Assembly: GCA_033442325.1 (NCBI GenBank)
Contig: JAWQFM010000022.1
Location: 650,746-714,745, forward strand
DNA from: Salpingoeca rosetta
Lineage: Eukaryota > Protista > Choanoflagellata
DNA length: 64,000 nt
Reading direction: 5' to 3'
Under the pieces are notes generated by a model. It saw only the letters and a program-made list of their open reading frames with translations, was not told where the DNA came from and did not search any database. Shown here one piece after another: positions 59,436 through 64,000 of the stretch; positions within the stretch are counted from its first letter, which is position 1; each line of letters begins with the position of its first letter. A program made the translations under genes and the position numbers.

Positions 59436-60628
59436 TACACATACACACACGAGCGACGAACCCAGCAAGTGAAGCAGGCCTCGTGCCAGTAGCTGTCGAG
59501 GGCAGAGATGGCGGCATCCGTGATGGTCTTCTTGCACTTTGCGCACTTGTACTTCACCTGATCCTCATAACACTTGGAGCAAATGGTTTGGTTCTCTGCA
59601 GCAGCACTTGGGTGAGCACATTATTGTCCCAATTTCGTCATTCTTTGTTGCATGCACACTGTGCACGCAGGTACACACACACACACTTACACACACACAC
59701 ACACACACAACACATACTCACATACACACAGACATAGACTCACTCACCAACGTTGTAATACTCGGTGCCAAGCGGATTGTGGCACGCGTCACACTTGAGA
59801 CACTCCACGTGCCAGTTCTTGCTGAATGCATGGATGCATGCCTGCAAGCAAAAACGAGCAACACGTGGCAACAGTCGGCAAGTGAGTGGGGGAAGTGCGA
59901 CAAGAACTCATAAGCGTGATCGTGTTGGAAGCGTTAAACCAGCATGCACAGAAGCATGCATGCACAGAAGCAAACACTCAGAGAGACAAAAGCACGCAGA
60001 CAAAAGCACGCAGACACACACACACAGAGACACACACAGACACAGACACACACATGACGACGACACGTACGGTGGTGATTGGCTTGTCACATCCGGCGCA
60101 GCGAGGCGCGGTTTCCTCGTGAAAACACGTGGAGCAGAAGGGCAGGCCGTGGTGGGCGTGGAAAGGTTCACTGGCAAGGCTCTTGTCGCATTTCATGCAC
60201 TGGAAATGCTCCTCGTGGAACTGCAGCCCAAGCGCTTGGATGGCCTGACACAGATTGGAGCAGACAAGGAGGAAGCAAGAGGGGGGGGGGAGGATGTGAG
60301 TGTGTGAGAGCGTATGTGCGCATCATTGCAAAAAAAAAATAGCCATGCACCTTTGAGACAGCACCATGCATTCCTTCCATACTCACACACCACACACACA
60401 CACATTCACACATACACACACATTCACACACACACACACACATTCACACACCCTTCCTTGGATCCGCTGGCGACACTGTGCACAAAACCCCTTTGGCAGG
60501 GCTTCGTTGTTGACGCGGTCGGCAGAGTGGAGTGGGGGCTGCACCTGCTCATCTGGGGTGTCCGAATTGCATTGCAGCACAGTAAGGGTGCGTCACAAGA
60601 GAAAGGTTGAGGATGGTACGCAATGTCA

Positions 60629-60659
<31 letters not shown>

Positions 60660-62007
60660 TTCATGTGTGACGAGCGTAAACGCAACATGCATACATACAA
60701 AACACACGCACAAATACACGAAACACACGCACAAATACACGAAACACACACACACACACACACAAAACACACACGCACACATGTGCACATACACGGTGAG
60801 CGTGAACGCAAGCACACACGTACAGAGTTGACGGCGGGAGGATGAGGAGGAGGAAGCAGTCTCGTAGTCGGGGTCGGCGCGTTCATATTGGGGCTCAGTC
60901 TTGTCTGCGTTTGGATCCTCGTACACGTCGACATCGGGCTGCTCATAAGCGCCCTCGTATGTCCGCTCGTACATTGTCTCGTATGGCGTGGCATACGGCT
61001 TCTCATACTGCGCTGCGTCGCTCGCGGCCGGCTGTGCATAGGCCACATCGTACGTGGGGTCGTCGTCGCCACTGCCAGCCTTCTTGTTGGCGGGGCGACT
61101 TGGTGCATCAGCGACGGGCGCGGGCACCGCATATGTGCTGACCTGCTTCTTGGTGGCTGCCTGCAGCGGTTGAGTGTGGCTGGCTGCGGTGGCTGCAGAC
61201 TTTCGGCGCAGATACACGCTGCTGGGGTCACGCCTGGGCACATCATATTCGCCGCGGCTGTTCGATGTGTCCTCGGGCCGCTTTGGGGGAGCAACTTTTG
61301 GGACCTGGTATTCTTCCGGTCGCCTCACAAGGTTATCGTATGCGCCTTCCTTGTCGGTCTCGCTCTGCTGTGCGTCCTTTGGCACAGCTACAACCCGCCA
61401 CAAAAAAACAAACACAACAACAAAACAAAACACCAATCAAACCATTGGAGGTGAGCATGATGAGAGGATGAATGTGGAGGGGTGGAGGGAACAGGACATG
61501 CTGCGAACGTGGGTGGGCATGCACGAATGCACATCCTCACAACGAACATGGTCAAGAAAGATGGGACCAAGGGACAAAGAATGCACGTGCGAACAAGCAC
61601 ACCAAACGAATGCACGTTACATCATACACACAGGAATGTGCATACGCACATACGCAGGCGTACATACACACATACGCAGGCGTACATACACACATATGCA
61701 GTCATATATGCACATACGCGAACACAACAACACCCCCGGACAGCCCATGTTTCAAAACGCGCACACGGACGACGTTTGACGTACGCATGTCAAAGCTCTC
61801 CAGTTGCTGGAGAAGCGCGTCCAGCTCTGCATATCAAACCAACACAACACCCCACCGTGAGTTGGCAGCATGCAAAGAGAGTGTGGCGGCAGCAGCATGG
61901 GCACGAAACAATCGTGGGCAGCGGCATGACAGTCAACCCCACAGCACAGCAGCACGACCACCAAGCACTACACATGCACACACACCAGCGTCCTCAGCGT
62001 CAGCCAT
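58955..62007 (-). CDS. PXN: Paxillin/leupaxin-like adaptor: N-terminal LD motif, Tyr-rich region, four LIM domains
   Basis: Spliced start MADAEDA-ELDALLQQLESFD (LD motif); four CxxC...WHxxHFxCxxC LIM domains; ends PYCDPCYVKLFGI*. A duplicate start lies at 62803. Confidence 0.8.
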
Positions 62008-62942
62008 TGGAGCAGTCGTCGTTGTTTCGTTTGTTTGGGTTGTTGAAGAATTGATGAAATTTTCCACCTATTTTCTTCATTTCAGTCGAGGACTGAAGTC
62101 AGTCTCGCGCTCTCATGGGCGGTGGTTGGTGAACGAAAGCGACAACGCTTGTCGTGGGCACTAAAAGGCCACCCTGAGGTCTGCTACAACCCGCCACAAA
62201 AAAACAAACACAACAACAAAACAAAACACCAATCAAACCATTGGAGGTGAGCATGATGAGAGGATGAATGTGGAGGGGTGGAGGGAACAGGACATGCTGC
62301 GAACGTGGGTGGGCATGCACGAATGCACATCCTCACAACGAACATGGTCAAGAAAGATGGGACCAAGGGACAAAGAATGCACGTGCGAACAAGCACACCA
62401 AACGAATGCACGTTACATCATACACACAGGAATGTGCATACGCACATACGCAGGCGTACATACACACATACGCAGGCGTACATACACACATATGCAGTCA
62501 TATATGCACATACGCGAACACAACAACACCCCCGGACAGCCCATGTTTCAAAACGCGCACACGGACGACGTTTGACGTACGCATGTCAAAGCTCTCCAGT
62601 TGCTGGAGAAGCGCGTCCAGCTCTGCATATCAAACCAACACAACACCCCACCGTGAGTTGGCAGCATGCAAAGAGAGTGTGGCGGCAGCAGCATGGGCAC
62701 GAAACAATCGTGGGCAGCGGCATGACAGTCAACCCCACAGCACAGCAGCACGACCACCAAGCACTACACATGCACACACACCAGCGTCCTCAGCGTCAGC
62801 CATTGGAGCAGTCGTCGTTGTTTCGTTTGTTTGGGTTGTTGAAGAATTGATGAAATTTTCCACCTATTTTCTTCATTTCAGTCGAGGACTGAAGTCAGTC
62901 TCGCGCTCTCATGGGCGGTGGTTGGTGAACGAAAGCGACAAC
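61387..62942. repeat. Tandem 760-bp duplication (period 796) covering paxillin exons 1-2 and the upstream region
   Basis: 61387-62146 matches 62183-62942 with no difference noticed by eye; unique 36-bp spacer at 62147-62182. Confidence 0.92.
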
Positions 62943-62960
62943 ACCTACAAGCAAGCAAGA

Positions 62961-64000
62961 ATGAGCGACAGCAAAGGCACCACCACCACTGCCACTGCCA
63001 CGACGGCAGCACATGGGCACGGGTCCAACGGGCAGGAACCCTTTTCACAGCAACAACCACAACAGCTGTACCAGCAGCAACAGCAGGAACAATCACAACA
63101 ACAATCACAGCAGCCGCAACAGCCGCACCAGCAGTCACAGCAGTTTGCAAGCGACGAAGATGAGTTTGAGACGCACACGTTTCCAAACGCCAGCTTTCGG
63201 TTGGAAAAGCGGTTCAGACCAGACAAGATTGTCGGGTATGGCGCGTACGGCGTGGTGTGTGCTGCAACAGACACGGTGAGCCAGCGCCGCGTAGCCATAA
63301 AGAAGATCTCATCCGCATTCAAACTGCCGGAGATGACAAAGCGCACGCTGCGCGAGCTGCGGTTCCTGCGCCACTTCCACTCCCACAAGAACATCATCTC
63401 CGTCCTCACCATCGCCAAGCCGCCATCGGACCTGAGCCGCTTCAACGACATCTACGTCGTCATGGAGCTGCAGGAAACAAACCTGCATCGCATCATTCAC
63501 TCGAAGCAGCCGCTCTCCGAGGAGCACGTGCGCTACTTCATGTTCCAGCTTCTCAGCGGGCTGCAGTACATCCACGCTGCCAGCGTGCTGCACCGCGACA
63601 TCAAGCCAGGCAACCTGCTCATCAACAGCGACTGCTCCCTGAAGATCTGTGACTTTGGCATGGCCCGCGCAATGGCCAGTACCCCGGAGGAGCACGCGGG
63701 GTTCATGACCGCATATGTGGCCACGCGCTGGTACCGCGCACCAGAGGTGATGCTGTCGTTCAACCGGTACACGCAGGCCATCGACGTGTGGTCGGCGGCG
63801 TGTGTGCTGGGCGAGATGCTTGGCCGGCGCTACCTGTTCCCGGGCCAGGACTACATCCACCAGCTCGTGCTCATCCTCACGCTGCTGGGATCGCCATCTG
63901 CTGAGCTGAAACGGCGCATTGGTAGTGAGCTTGCACGGCGCTATCTTGACACCCTGCCACACCTTGACCCCGTCCCGCTTCGCCAAGTCTACAGAGACGC
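62961..64000 (+). CDS. MAP kinase, ERK5/MAPK7-like, 5' part (runs off the window)
   Basis: GYGAYGVVC, VAIKKI, RTLRELRFLRHF, LHRDIKPGNLL, DFGMAR, FMTAYVATRWYRAPE and LFPGQDYIHQL; uninterrupted frame from ATG 62961. Confidence 0.9.
   Translation, partial: MSDSKGTTTTATATTAAHGHGSNGQEPFSQQQPQQLYQQQQQEQSQQQSQQPQQPHQQSQQFASDEDEFETHTFPNASFRLEKRFRPDKIVGYGAYGVVCAATDTVSQRRVAIKKISSAFKLPEMTKRTLRELRFLRHFHSHKNIISVLTIAKPPSDLSRFNDIYVVMELQETNLHRIIHSKQPLSEEHVRYFMFQLLSGLQYIHAASVLHRDIKPGNLLINSDCSLKICDFGMARAMASTPEEHAGFMTAYVATRWYRAPEVMLSFNRYTQAIDVWSAACVLGEMLGRRYLFPGQDYIHQLVLILTLLGSPSAELKRRIGSELARRYLDTLPHLDPVPLRQVYRD

Overview
Eukaryotic, GC-rich, intron-rich genomic DNA. Introns are filled with (CA/GT)n microsatellites and there are six N gaps. 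The style and holozoan gene content suggest a choanoflagellate such as Salpingoeca rosetta (inference). Most entries in the ORF track are microsatellite or antisense artefacts. Reading splice sites by hand gives 17 protein-coding genes in strictly alternating orientation, forming eight head-to-head pairs: PDCL3(+, partial), TBCA(-), OTU/GTPase-like multidomain protein(+), IDS-like sulfatase(-), CCDC24-like(+), sulfotransferase-JmjC fusion(-), iodotyrosine deiodinase(+), piggyBac-derived protein(-), RPGR-like(+), giant CEP57-like(-), DPH4/DNAJC24(+), SZRD1-like(-), CCDC134(+), coiled-coil protein(-), importin alpha(+), paxillin-like(-), ERK5-like MAPK(+, partial). The best novelty candidates are (1) a ~1580-aa OTU deubiquitinase + dynamin-like GTPase + possible GREB1/TAGT-like protein, (2) a membrane-anchored sulfotransferase-JmjC hydroxylase fusion head-to-head with a deiodinase and near a sulfatase, (3) an apparently domesticated piggyBac transposase and (4) the perfect strand alternation. 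All family calls come from motif recognition by eye; no database search was run.
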